Of a stretch of DNA of 64,000 bases, positions 55,301 to 64,000 are shown piece by piece. Below the pieces are notes generated by a model. That model was not told the DNA's origin. It worked only from the letters and a program-made list of their open reading frames with translations, and made no database searches. The stretch's first letter is position 1; every line of letters begins with the position of its first letter. Source of the stretch: an uncultured Marinobacterium sp. (GTDB lineage Bacteria > Pseudomonadota > Gammaproteobacteria > Pseudomonadales > Balneatricaceae); NCBI GenBank assembly GCA_963677795.1, contig OY782520.1, positions 2,516,171-2,580,170 on the forward strand. Reading direction: 5' to 3'. The position numbers were made by a program, and so were the translations under genes.

Positions 55301-56038
55301 TATTGCACAAACGAAAAAGCCGGCACCTTTCGGTTACCGGCTTTCTCTGAATTTGGTAGCGGGGGCTGGATTTGAACCAACGCCTTCGCCCGGGGTTATG
55401 AAGGGCTGAGCCCGACGAGCCCGCTCGTCTTTCCCGCTTATCCATGTATTGCACAAACGAAAAAGCCGGCACCTTTCGGTTACCGGCTTTCTCTGAATTT
55501 GGTAGCGGGGGCTGGATTTGAACCAACGACCTTCGCCCGGGGTTATGAAGGGCTGAGCCCGACGAGCCCGCTCGTCTTTCCCGCTTATCCATGTATTGCA
55601 CAAACGAAAAAGCCGGCACCTTTCGGTTACCGGCTTTCTCTGAATTTGGTAGCGGGGGCTGGATTTGAACCAACGACCTTCGCCCGGGGTTATGAAGGGC
55701 TGAGCCCGACGAGCCCGCTCGTCTTTCCCGCTTATCCATGTATTGCACAAACGAAAAAGCCGGCACCTTTCGGTTACCGGCTTTCTCTGAATTTGGTAGC
55801 GGGGGCTGGATTTGAACCAACGACCTTCGCCCGGGGTTATGAAGGGCTGAGCCCGACGAGCCCGCTCGTCTTTCCCGCTTATCCATGTATTGCACAAACG
55901 AAAAAGCCGGCACCTTTCGGTTACCGGCTTTCTCTGAATTTGGTAGCGGGGGCTGGATTTGAACCAACGACCTTCGCCCGGGGTTATGAAGGGCTGAGCC
56001 CGACGAGCCCGCTCGTCTTTCCCGCTTATCCATGTATT
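52365..56038 (-). repeat. 25 tandem 147-bp units, each a tRNA-fMet-derived 86-nt element plus terminator
   Basis: Unit starts (+ strand GCACAAACG) at 52365, 52512 and so on; the 26th partial unit starts at 56039, so the span is 25x147-1. One unit lacks an A after 55382. Six units carry a 3-SNP allele. Confidence 0.98.
55941..56026 (-). ncRNA. putative tRNA-like RNA unit (tRNA-proximal copy; 25 copies, the most distal at 52414-52499)
   Basis: AGCGGGAAAGACGAGCGGGCTCGTCGGGCTCAGCCCTTCATAACCCCGGGCGAAGGTCGTTGGTTCAAATCCAGCCCCCGCTACCA: intact T-arm, ACCA end, 6-bp acceptor stem. Expression not shown. Confidence 0.45.
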
Positions 56039-56047
56039 GCACAAACG

Positions 56048-56078
56048 AAAAAGCCGGCACCTTTCGGTTACCGGCTTT
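56048..56078 (-). terminator. intrinsic terminator of tRNA-fMet (repeated in every array unit, 26 copies)
   Basis: AAAGCCGG-TA-ACC-GAAA-GGT-G-CCGGCTTT-TT followed by CGTTT. Confidence 0.85.
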
Positions 56079-56087
56079 CTCTGAATT

Positions 56088-56164
<77 letters not shown>

Positions 56165-56181
56165 TCAACTTGATGACGCGT

Positions 56182-56210
56182 ATATTAAGGATCAAAGACG
56201 CTAAGGTCAA
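56182..56210 (-). promoter_or_regulatory. strong sigma70 promoter of tRNA-fMet
   Basis: TTGACC-17 nt-TAATAT with GC-rich discriminator ACGCGTC. Confidence 0.8.
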
Positions 56211-56217
56211 GCCTTTG

Positions 56218-56589
56218 TTACACTTTTTTATTCCGGTTCCGGATTTTTTCGGCCTGGTACCAGGTGATGAACTCCGACAGCAGGCGCTGGTCGCGTGGCG
56301 GCAGCCCGGAAAAGTCACCACACCAGAGGGTTCCGCTTTTGCGGATCAGACGCAGGGTGCAGTCGATGCGGTGGATCTGCTTGCCACAGCGGAACTTGAG
56401 CTGTGCGGGGTAGTATTGCAGCGTCAGCAGGGATTCGGTGGTGAAGGCGATGCCGGTCGCGGACAGGTTATCAATCTGAACGGCCTCGCCGTTGATCTGA
56501 GCCCGCAAGGGGGCGTCTGCGTCAATCTGCAGGCGATAGGCGCGCCGTCCACTGTCGGCGATATCCGGAATGTGGATCTTGGGTTTCAT
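56218..56589 (-). CDS. PilZ-domain protein
   Basis: RRAYR (RxxxR) and NLSATG (D/NxSxxG) c-di-GMP motifs; start overlaps the motB stop. Confidence 0.8.
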   Translation of the reverse strand: MKPKIHIPDIADSGRRAYRLQIDADAPLRAQINGEAVQIDNLSATGIAFTTESLLTLQYYPAQLKFRCGKQIHRIDCTLRLIRKSGTLWCGDFSGLPPRDQRLLSEFITWYQAEKIRNRNKKV

Positions 56590-57392
56590 TATTCTAATGC
56601 CCGTTTTTCCAGCACAAATTCAATGCGACGGTTAATGGCACGGTTTTCGGCCGATGTATTGGGAACCAGTGGCAGAGACGAGCCGTAGCCGGTTGCCGTC
56701 AGGCGCTTGGGGTTGATGCCGGCATCTACCATGTAGCGTAGCACCGTCGTGGCTCGCACGGCGGACAGCTCCCAGTTGGACGGGAATTGGGGCGTGCTGA
56801 TCGGAATGTCGTCGGTATGCCCCTGGATCTCAAGTTTGTAGTGGGGATTTTGTGCCAGGGTTTCCAGCAGGGCATCCAGCATCGGCAGCATGGCATAGTT
56901 GAACGTGGATGAGCCTGAGGTGAACAGCAGGCCGCCCTTTACACGCAGGGAAAGTTTGCCGTCCTTGGGGGTGCCGATCTCAACGGCTTCCTGCATCTGC
57001 ATCTGCTCGAAAGCGTCGTCCAGGTCGCGATTCAGGCGCTCCCAGTCCAGCTGCAGGGCACGGGCGCGGCGCGCCTCTTTGGATTCCTCTTCCTCCTCGT
57101 CCTGGCTGCGGGCGTGTTCAGATGACTTCAGAATGACATCGTTAATATCGTCCGGCAGGCTGGCAGGGGAGTTGTGCTCCAGTGGAATCAGGTTGTCGGG
57201 AGCGCCGGAAACCGCGCGCTGAAACGCACTCTGGAAGGAACGAACTGCTTCGGCAAAGCGTTCTCTTTCCACGCTGGACATGGAAAACAGCAGTACGAAA
57301 AAAACCAGCAGGAGCGTCATCAGGTCGGCATAGGTCATCAGCCAGCCTGGGGCGCCGGACTCCTCGGTCAGCTCACGGCGCCGGCTGCTCAT
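56589..57392 (-). CDS. motB: flagellar stator MotB/PomB-like
   Basis: WLMTYADLMTLL TM segment with conserved Asp; OmpA-like domain GHTDD...SNWELSAVRA...NRRIE. Confidence 0.88.
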   Translation of the reverse strand: MSSRRRELTEESGAPGWLMTYADLMTLLLVFFVLLFSMSSVERERFAEAVRSFQSAFQRAVSGAPDNLIPLEHNSPASLPDDINDVILKSSEHARSQDEEEEESKEARRARALQLDWERLNRDLDDAFEQMQMQEAVEIGTPKDGKLSLRVKGGLLFTSGSSTFNYAMLPMLDALLETLAQNPHYKLEIQGHTDDIPISTPQFPSNWELSAVRATTVLRYMVDAGINPKRLTATGYGSSLPLVPNTSAENRAINRRIEFVLEKRALE

Positions 57393-58222
57393 GCGCGTTC
57401 CTTGGCAGGCTTGGATGCGGGCTTGGCGGCGAGATTATCGGCGGCTGCCTGCGGCTGCTTGCGGCCGATCTTGATCGGCTTGCGCTGTGCTTCCGGCAGG
57501 TAGGAGGCCAGCTGCTCGTAAACGTGCATGTAGTGATCGTTGGTCAGGATGCTGATGCAGCCTTCGCGGATGATCTCCAGGTTGGTCACTTCGGTCAGCG
57601 TACGAGCATGGAGCTTGCCGGCGATCGGCAGGAATACCATGGTGGCCAGCAGTGAACCGTAAAAGGTGGTCAGCAGGGCCACCGCCATGGCCGGGCCGAT
57701 GGTTTCCGGGTTGGACAGCTGGCTCAGCATCTGGATCAGGCCGATCAGGGTGCCGAGCATGCCGAAGGCCGGAGCAGAGGCGGCCATCTTGCGGAATACG
57801 TCCTGTACGGCGTGATGGCGAGCGATCAGCGAGTCGATCTCGTTCTGCAGGGTGTTGCGGATAACCTGTTCGGAAGCCGCTTCCGACAGCAGGTTGCAGG
57901 CACGCTTGAGCACGTGGGAGTCACTCTCCACATCGCCCAGCTTGAGCAGGCCGTGACGATGGGATACCCGGCTCAGCTCCAGCATGGTATCGATCATCTC
58001 CTGGGGGTTGGTGTTGTCTCGGGTGAAGACGATCCAGGCGGCCTTGAAGGCATTGAGCACATCCTTGAACTGCACCGTCAGCAGCGTTGCGGCGATGGTG
58101 CCGCCAGCGACGATCATCAGGCCTGGTACATTGAGAAAGACGTCGGCGTTGCCGCCTAGAAAAATAGCGCTGATGATCAGGGCAAGACCTGAGATAATGC
58201 CGAGAAGCGATGCGAAATCCAT
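57389..58222 (-). CDS. motA: flagellar stator MotA/PomA-like
   Basis: APAFGMLGTLIGLIQML, GPAMAVALLTTFYG. Confidence 0.88.
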   Translation of the reverse strand: MDFASLLGIISGLALIISAIFLGGNADVFLNVPGLMIVAGGTIAATLLTVQFKDVLNAFKAAWIVFTRDNTNPQEMIDTMLELSRVSHRHGLLKLGDVESDSHVLKRACNLLSEAASEQVIRNTLQNEIDSLIARHHAVQDVFRKMAASAPAFGMLGTLIGLIQMLSQLSNPETIGPAMAVALLTTFYGSLLATMVFLPIAGKLHARTLTEVTNLEIIREGCISILTNDHYMHVYEQLASYLPEAQRKPIKIGRKQPQAAADNLAAKPASKPAKERA

Positions 58223-58295
58223 GTGCTTGAGTACCCTGTATCAGTCAAAAAACGGACTGCTGGAAACGAAAGCCGAGTATAACAACAGCGAGACG

Positions 58296-59162
58296 ATGAC
58301 GTCAGACTACTTTATTGGCCTGCCGCAATGGAAACACCCGGAATGGAACCTCAGCCTGCTGCAGGACCCGGATCAGGGTGACCTTGCGCAGTATGCCGCC
58401 AGTTTCAACACGGTGGAAGGCAATACCACCTTTTATGGCCTGCCCGGCCCTGCCAGTGTGCGCCGCTGGGCGGATGATACGCCAGCGGGGTTTCGCTTTT
58501 GCTTCAAGTTTCCACAAAGTATCAGCCACCAGGGCGCCCTGCGTCATGTGGACGCAGATCTGGCGGCTTTCCTTGACCGGCTGCAGCCGTTGGCGCCCAA
58601 GTTGGGCATGCTCTGCCTGCAGCTGCCGTCCCGGTTCGGGCCTGATCACTTGTCGGACCTGATTCGTTTCCTCGGTGAGCTGCCGGCGGGGCTGCGTTAT
58701 GCCGTTGAAGTGCGTCACCTGGCATTTTTCCAGCGCGGCGATGCGGAGCAAAGGTTCAATGAGGCCCTGCAGGCGTTCGGGGTTAACCGGATCAGCTTCG
58801 ACACCCGGGCACTGTTTGCCAATCCCCAGTCCGATTCGATCACCCGTGAGGCGCTGGAGCAGAAGCCGCGACTGCCGTTGCGGGTGCTGGCCACCGGGGA
58901 TGCGCCGATGCTGAGATTTATTTCACCGCTGGATCTGCAGCAGGGGCAGCGCTGGCTGCAGCCCTGGGTGGATCAGGTGCTGCGCTGGATAGGTGAGGGC
59001 AGGACGCCGTTCATCTTCATGCATACACCAAGCAATGGCGAAGCGCCTGAGTTGGCACGCTGGTTCGCTCAGCAACTGCAGCAGCGCCAGCCGAAGCTGG
59101 CAACAGGGTTTCACGACTGGAGTGAGCGCAAGGTGGTCCGTCGCCAGCCCGGCCTGTTCTGA
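58296..59162 (+). CDS. DUF72 (YecE-like) protein
   Basis: IGLPQWKHPEW, FNTVEGNTTFY, FCFKFP, FIFMHTP. Confidence 0.85.
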   Translation: MTSDYFIGLPQWKHPEWNLSLLQDPDQGDLAQYAASFNTVEGNTTFYGLPGPASVRRWADDTPAGFRFCFKFPQSISHQGALRHVDADLAAFLDRLQPLAPKLGMLCLQLPSRFGPDHLSDLIRFLGELPAGLRYAVEVRHLAFFQRGDAEQRFNEALQAFGVNRISFDTRALFANPQSDSITREALEQKPRLPLRVLATGDAPMLRFISPLDLQQGQRWLQPWVDQVLRWIGEGRTPFIFMHTPSNGEAPELARWFAQQLQQRQPKLATGFHDWSERKVVRRQPGLF

Positions 59163-59175
59163 CCCTGTTGGCGAG

Positions 59176-59562
59176 TCAGTGCAGGGCGTTGGGCTGGGCC
59201 AGGGTGAAGGCGGAGATCAGGGCATCGAAGCCTGTGCCGTCGGCGGCCTCCATGCGGTACAGGCCCTGCATGCTGCCCACCTCCGTGGCCAGTACGGTGC
59301 CGCTGGTATATTCGTAGGTCTGCTCCGGTTCGATCACCGGCTTTTCGCCCACCACGCCTTCACCTTCCACCTCCTGTACATGCTCGTTACCGTCGGTAAT
59401 ACGCCATTTGCGGCGCAACAGCTGGACGCTGTCCGCGTTGTGGTTGGTGATACTGATCTGGTAGGAGAACACGAAGCGGTGCGCATCCGGCTCGGACTGG
59501 TCCGGCAGATAGGTGGTGACAACGTTGATCTCGATATTGCGACTGTACTCGGTGGCATCCAT
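59176..59562 (-). CDS. apaG: ApaG
   Basis: FSYQISITN, RKWRITDG, GEGVVGEKP, GSMQG. Confidence 0.96.
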   Translation of the reverse strand: MDATEYSRNIEINVVTTYLPDQSEPDAHRFVFSYQISITNHNADSVQLLRRKWRITDGNEHVQEVEGEGVVGEKPVIEPEQTYEYTSGTVLATEVGSMQGLYRMEAADGTGFDALISAFTLAQPNALH

Positions 59563-59586
59563 CGGTTCGGAACTATCCTCTCGGTT

Positions 59587-60414
59587 TTATGCGCATGAAG
59601 ACGGCGTGTCGGCCGCATCGGTCAGGGCATCGCTGATTGCCACGAATTCGGCCAGCGTCAGGCGTTCCGGACGCAGGCCCGGATCGATCCCCAGGGCTTC
59701 CAGCTGCTCGGCGCTGATCAGCTGCTTGAGGTTGTTGCGCAGGGTCTTGCGGCGCTGACCAAAGGCGGTACGCACCACGTTTTGCAGCTGTTTGACGTCC
59801 TTGGCCGGAATCGGCGGCTCGGCATAGGGCACCAGGCGTACGATGGCGGAGTCCACCTTGGGCGCCGGCGAGAAGGCGCCTGGCGGTACGATGAACAGGG
59901 GCTCCACGCGGCAGTAGTACTGCGCCATGATGCCCAGGCGGCCGTAGTGATTGTCGCCGGGGCCGGCGGCCAGACGGTCGACCACTTCCTTCTGCAGCAT
60001 GAAGTGCATGTCTTCAATCAGGCCATTAAAGCTGAGCAGGTGGAAGATCAGCGGTGTCGAAATATTGTAGGGCAGGTTGCCCACGATGCGCAGCGGACGT
60101 TCATCCTGCTTCAGACCGGCAAAGTCGAACTTCAGCGCATCGGCTTCATGGATGGTGAAGGTGTCGGCATAGCGGAAGAACTGGGTACGCAGCACCGGGA
60201 TCAGGTCACGGTCCAGCTCGACCACGTCCAGTTCCCCTTGGCAGGCATCGAGCAGTTCTTCGGTCAGCGCGCCGAGGCCGGGGCCGATCTCGACCAGGTG
60301 CTGGCCATGCTGGGGGTTGATGGCGCGGATGATGCGGCCGATCACGCCCTGGTCATGCAGAAAGTTCTGGCCAAAACGCTTGCGCGCCTTGTGGCCTACG
60401 GGTTTTTTACTCAT
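59587..60414 (-). CDS. rsmA: 16S rRNA m6,2A methyltransferase RsmA/KsgA
   Basis: [26 protein letters not shown]. Confidence 0.98.
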   Translation of the reverse strand: MSKKPVGHKARKRFGQNFLHDQGVIGRIIRAINPQHGQHLVEIGPGLGALTEELLDACQGELDVVELDRDLIPVLRTQFFRYADTFTIHEADALKFDFAGLKQDERPLRIVGNLPYNISTPLIFHLLSFNGLIEDMHFMLQKEVVDRLAAGPGDNHYGRLGIMAQYYCRVEPLFIVPPGAFSPAPKVDSAIVRLVPYAEPPIPAKDVKQLQNVVRTAFGQRRKTLRNNLKQLISAEQLEALGIDPGLRPERLTLAEFVAISDALTDAADTPSSCA

Positions 60415-60418
60415 CGGG

Positions 60419-61417
60419 TCAGTTACCTGATTGGTGGCGCGCCATATCGAGCGCGAACTGAACAGCTGTCAACAGGCTGCCCACGTCTGCACGGCCGGTG
60501 CCGGCCAGGTCCAGCGCGGTACCGTGATCAACGGACGTGCGGATGATCGGCAGCCCCAGGGTGATGTTGGCCGCGCGGCCAAAGCCCTTGTACTTCAGCA
60601 CCGGCAGCCCCTGGTCATGATACATCGCCAGCACCGCGTCAGCGTCGCGCAGATGGTGTTCGGTAAACAGGGTGTCGGCCGGCAGGGGGCCGATCAGTTG
60701 GGCACCACGACAACGGAAATCATCGAGTACCGGGGTGATGGTATCGATCTCTTCCCGGCCCATGTGGCCGCCTTCACCGGCATGCGGATTGAGGCCGGCA
60801 ACGAGCACTCGCGGATGACGGATACCAAAGGAGCGACTCAGGTCCTGCAGCAGTACCTCGATCACTTCCTGCAGCAACGGCCGGGTGATCGCGGCGGGCA
60901 CGTCCGCCAGTGGCAGGTGCGTGGTTGCCAGGGCGACCTTGAGGCCTTCGGTGGCCAGCATCATCACCACCTTGCGGCTGTCGGTCATCTCTTCGAGGAA
61001 CTCGGTGTGGCCGCTGAAGGGGATGCCGGCATCGTTGATCACGCCCTTGTGTACCGGAGCGGTCACCAGTGCATCGAAGGTGCCGGACATGCAGCCCAGT
61101 GTGGCTTCCTTCAGCGTGCTCAGCACATAGGCGGCGTTGGCCGGGTCAAGCTGACCGACCCGGCTGGGGGCCGTTAGCTTGACCGGCTGGCAATACAGGC
61201 TGCCCGGCGGTGCCGGCTGGGCCGGGTCGGCCGCATGAAAGGGCAGCAGCTGCAGCGGCAGGCCAAGCAGTTCGGCGCGTGCCTGCAGCAGTTCGGGGTC
61301 GGCCACGGCGACCAGCTGGCAGGCGTGTGCCTGTTGCGCCAGCTGGACGCAGAGTTCAGGACCGATCCCGGCCGGTTCGCCCGGGGTGATGGCAATTCGA
61401 GGACAGCTCACGATCAA
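60419..61417 (-). CDS. pdxA: 4-hydroxythreonine-4-phosphate dehydrogenase
   Basis: [37 protein letters not shown]. Confidence 0.98.
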   Translation of the reverse strand: MIVSCPRIAITPGEPAGIGPELCVQLAQQAHACQLVAVADPELLQARAELLGLPLQLLPFHAADPAQPAPPGSLYCQPVKLTAPSRVGQLDPANAAYVLSTLKEATLGCMSGTFDALVTAPVHKGVINDAGIPFSGHTEFLEEMTDSRKVVMMLATEGLKVALATTHLPLADVPAAITRPLLQEVIEVLLQDLSRSFGIRHPRVLVAGLNPHAGEGGHMGREEIDTITPVLDDFRCRGAQLIGPLPADTLFTEHHLRDADAVLAMYHDQGLPVLKYKGFGRAANITLGLPIIRTSVDHGTALDLAGTGRADVGSLLTAVQFALDMARHQSGN

Positions 61418-62718
61418 TTCTTGCGCTCAACATAGGCCTGGGAGCGGATCTCGCGCAGCCAGTTCAACAGTTCCTCGTTGAACTTGCGTTGGCGGATGCT
61501 GCTGCGAGCCTGGGATTCCAGCATCTCCTCACCCAGGTCCTGGGTGCGGTAGTCCTGCACTTGCAGGATATGCCAGCCGAAGCGTGACTCGAACGGCTCG
61601 CTGATCTCGCCCTTGGCCGTGCTGTTCATCACCTGCTCGAACTCCGGCACCATCTGCCCGTTCTGGGTCCAGCCCAGATCGCCGCCCTGGGAGCCGCTGG
61701 CTGCGTCATCGCTGTAACGGCGGGCCAGTTCGTCGAACGGCTGGCCTTCACGCAGGCGCTGGTAGAGGTCATTGATCAGGCGGCGGGTCTGCTCGGCGCT
61801 GCGGATCTCGTTCGGGGTCAGCAGGATATGACGGACCTTGGTCTGTTCAACCAGCTGAACCTTGCCGCCGCGCTTGTCTTCCAACAGCAGCAGGTGGAAA
61901 CCGCCCGGGGTTTTGACCGGCTGGCTGATCTCGCCCGGAGACAGCTTGTTGACGGCATTGGCCAGCGCTTCAGGTAGCTCGGATTCGCGGCGCCAGCCCA
62001 GCTCACCGCCCTGAAGGGCGTTGGGGGCATTGGAAACCGCGATCGCCAGTTCGGCAAAGGGCGTACCCTCGGCCAGCTGGCGGCGAGCATCCTGAGCTTT
62101 CTGTTTGGCCTGCTGGATCATCTCCGGAGTGGCGCTTTCCGGCAGCGCGAACAGGATGTTGCGCAGGTTGAATTCGGCCTGTACCTGTTGCTGACCCAGT
62201 TCAGAATCGAGGAAATTCTGGATCTCCTGTTCGGATACATTGATGCGGCGATTGACACTGCTCTGTTGTACCTGGGTCAGCAGAATCTCACGACGGATCT
62301 GTTCACGTGCCAGGGCGTAGTCCTGGCCCTCGGCGACCAGGGCGTCGCGGAACTGGGCCAGGGTCATGTTGTTCTGTGAAGCGATGCGGCCAAGCGCCTC
62401 GTTGAGCTGGCGGTCGGAGACGCGAATGCCCTGGCGTTCGGCAATCTGCAGCTGAATGTTCTCGAGGATCAGTCGGTCCAGCACCTGCTGGCGCAGTACA
62501 TTTTCTGGTGGCAGGCGGGTGCCTTCACGGGCGGCAATCTGCTGGCGCACCAGCGTCAGACGCTGGTCCAGCTCGCTTTCCAGTACGATATCCTCATTGA
62601 CGACCGCTGCGATGCGGTCCAGTACTTCAGCCTGCAGCGAGGCCAGGGGAGCGGTCAGCAGCGCCAGGGCCAGGAGGGGCTGTCTGAGTTTAGAAAGCAC
62701 CATTGTCATCCTCGTCAT
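61414..62718 (-). CDS. surA: periplasmic chaperone/PPIase SurA (start at 62703, 62709 or 62718)
   Basis: LDRIAAVVN, two parvulin domains (GGELGW, RHILL, GGDLGW, FGWHI). Confidence 0.95.
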   Translation of the reverse strand: MTRMTMVLSKLRQPLLALALLTAPLASLQAEVLDRIAAVVNEDIVLESELDQRLTLVRQQIAAREGTRLPPENVLRQQVLDRLILENIQLQIAERQGIRVSDRQLNEALGRIASQNNMTLAQFRDALVAEGQDYALAREQIRREILLTQVQQSSVNRRINVSEQEIQNFLDSELGQQQVQAEFNLRNILFALPESATPEMIQQAKQKAQDARRQLAEGTPFAELAIAVSNAPNALQGGELGWRRESELPEALANAVNKLSPGEISQPVKTPGGFHLLLLEDKRGGKVQLVEQTKVRHILLTPNEIRSAEQTRRLINDLYQRLREGQPFDELARRYSDDAASGSQGGDLGWTQNGQMVPEFEQVMNSTAKGEISEPFESRFGWHILQVQDYRTQDLGEEMLESQARSSIRQRKFNEELLNWLREIRSQAYVERKN

Positions 62719-64000
62719 ATCCGGTGATCTCTTCCAGGAATTCGCGCCCCTGGCTCTGGCCGAAGGCGCCCAGGCCACGCAGCACGAACTGCAGGAAGAT
62801 ACCAGTGTCAGTTTCAAATTCTTCTACGCTGCCATCCGGGTCGACGACCCAGTTGCGTCCGGTCAAACGCATTTTCCAGCAGCAGTTGGCATATTCGATC
62901 CCCAGCAGGGTTTCCAGGTTTTCGTTGTTGTCCAGATCCTGCTGCCAGCGACCGTAGCCGGTCCAGGTGTTGTTGAGCGGCCAGCGGAAGGCGATGTCCA
63001 GCTGCTGGTGGGCAGCGCTGTTGGTGGGGTTGTCGCTGTATTTTTCCAGGTTGTCACGGTAGTTAAGGTAGAACAGCCGCTTGTCGCCCGGCATGTAGCT
63101 GAGCTTGTAGTTGTGCTCCAGCAGCTGGTAGCCGTTGCGATCGAGCTCGCCGTTATGGGTCAGGCGCAGATTGCGGGTGAAGTTCCAGTTGGCCAGGGTG
63201 GCCAGGTTGGAGCTGCTTTCCGTGCCGCCATCAAGGGCATCGCCGGGGCGACCGGCATATTCGCGATCGGCCAGATAGTGTGCCTGGGCGATACCCACGC
63301 GCAGCTTCTCAAGCCCTTGCTCGGAGTAGACGGCACTGGACAGGCCCAGAGTGGCCTGTTGGGTGTCGGCGACGCGGTCGTTACCGCTCCAGCCGGTCTC
63401 GTGGAACAGGTTGTAGTAGGTGAAGCCGAGCTGAGAAGAGTCGAACAGCGGAATTTCGTTCTGTTCATCGGCATTGACGTCGGCATTCAACAGGAACAGG
63501 CGGGGTTCCAGCGTCTGGGTGTATTGGCCATCAGCCAGCGCGAATTCACGCTCGAAAATCAGGCCGGAGTCGAGACTGAAAATACCGGCACTGATCGAAT
63601 GTCCACCGTTGATCGCGGTATCGGCGTCATTTTCGAGATCATACTCCGAGTGCCACAGGGTAGCGGATGGGCGCAGATAACCCCAGGGGCGCTCGAAAGC
63701 GGCGCTCAGGCGCGGGCGCAGGTGGACGCGGTCGCCGATGGTCGCAGCGGCCTTGCTGGCAGGGGCATAGATGCTGTCCAGGTCACGCTCAAAACGGGTG
63801 TACTCCGCCGTGTATCCGAGGTGCGCCAGGCCGGCGAGGTTGCTCTGGTAGCCGGTCAGTCGCAGCTGAGGCACCAGCTCGTACGGGGTCACGCCGTCAA
63901 TGGTCTGATAGCTCTGCGTACGCAGGATCAGGTTCCAGTTTGGCTGCAGGTAACGCAGCTCGGCCAGCTGGTCGAGATGGTCGTCGCGCTGTACTTCAAG
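62690..64000 (-). CDS. lptD: LPS assembly outer-membrane protein LptD (5' end beyond window)
   Basis: Frame is open to the window edge; TLEPRLF, IPLFDS, GNDRVAD, ANCCW, C-terminal FLQFVLRGLG; upstream of surA. Confidence 0.95.
   Translation of the reverse strand, partial: LEVQRDDHLDQLAELRYLQPNWNLILRTQSYQTIDGVTPYELVPQLRLTGYQSNLAGLAHLGYTAEYTRFERDLDSIYAPASKAAATIGDRVHLRPRLSAAFERPWGYLRPSATLWHSEYDLENDADTAINGGHSISAGIFSLDSGLIFEREFALADGQYTQTLEPRLFLLNADVNADEQNEIPLFDSSQLGFTYYNLFHETGWSGNDRVADTQQATLGLSSAVYSEQGLEKLRVGIAQAHYLADREYAGRPGDALDGGTESSSNLATLANWNFTRNLRLTHNGELDRNGYQLLEHNYKLSYMPGDKRLFYLNYRDNLEKYSDNPTNSAAHQQLDIAFRWPLNNTWTGYGRWQQDLDNNENLETLLGIEYANCCWKMRLTGRNWVVDPDGSVEEFETDTGIFLQFVLRGLGAFGQSQGREFLEEITGYDEDDNGAF

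Noticed and set aside
52414-56026. 25 functional tRNA-Met genes, or a tRNA-Sec-like species (6-bp D-stem with 4-nt loop, UCA loop)
   Set aside because: The D-loop GG and the normal anticodon stem-loop are absent. UCA sits in a 3-nt loop inherited from the fMet sequence, the acceptor stem is not extended as in tRNA-Sec, and no sel genes are nearby.
52365-56038. CRISPR array
   Set aside because: No unique spacers, the whole 147-bp unit is repeated, and there are no cas genes in the window.
56589-58222. Zorya (ZorAB) defence system interpretation of motAB
   Set aside because: The MotA protein is ordinary stator size without a long ZorA tail, and no zorC, zorD or zorE genes are adjacent.

Overview
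High-GC gammaproteobacterial chromosome segment; the gene content suggests a marine Oceanospirillales/Pseudomonadales-like organism (inference). Most of it is core genome. In order: an orphan FliK-like gene, ccmABCDEFGHI, zipA-ligA, mnmC, a Pha/Mrp cation:H+ antiporter operon, a five-gene Pil-Chp-like chemosensory cluster, tRNA-Ile2(CAT), rpoD-dnaG-yqeY-rpsU, tsaD, plsY, folB-folK, folM, cca-glpE-apaH, a TorF-type porin, a family-6 DNA glycosylase, a putR / shortened NAD-GDH / putA proline-catabolism cluster, motA-motB-PilZ, DUF72, and apaG-rsmA-pdxA-surA-lptD (partial). The stand-out is at 52365-56164. A single initiator tRNA-fMet gene (minus strand) is followed by 25 tandem 147-bp units. Each unit holds an 86-nt tRNA-fMet-derived, CCA-ending element with a rebuilt fold, plus a copy of the tRNA's terminator. 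The non-tRNA pieces of each unit are largely reverse complements of retained tRNA pieces, and two alleles differing at three linked sites occur in blocks. The very long ORFs called across this array are judged to be artefacts of the repeat.
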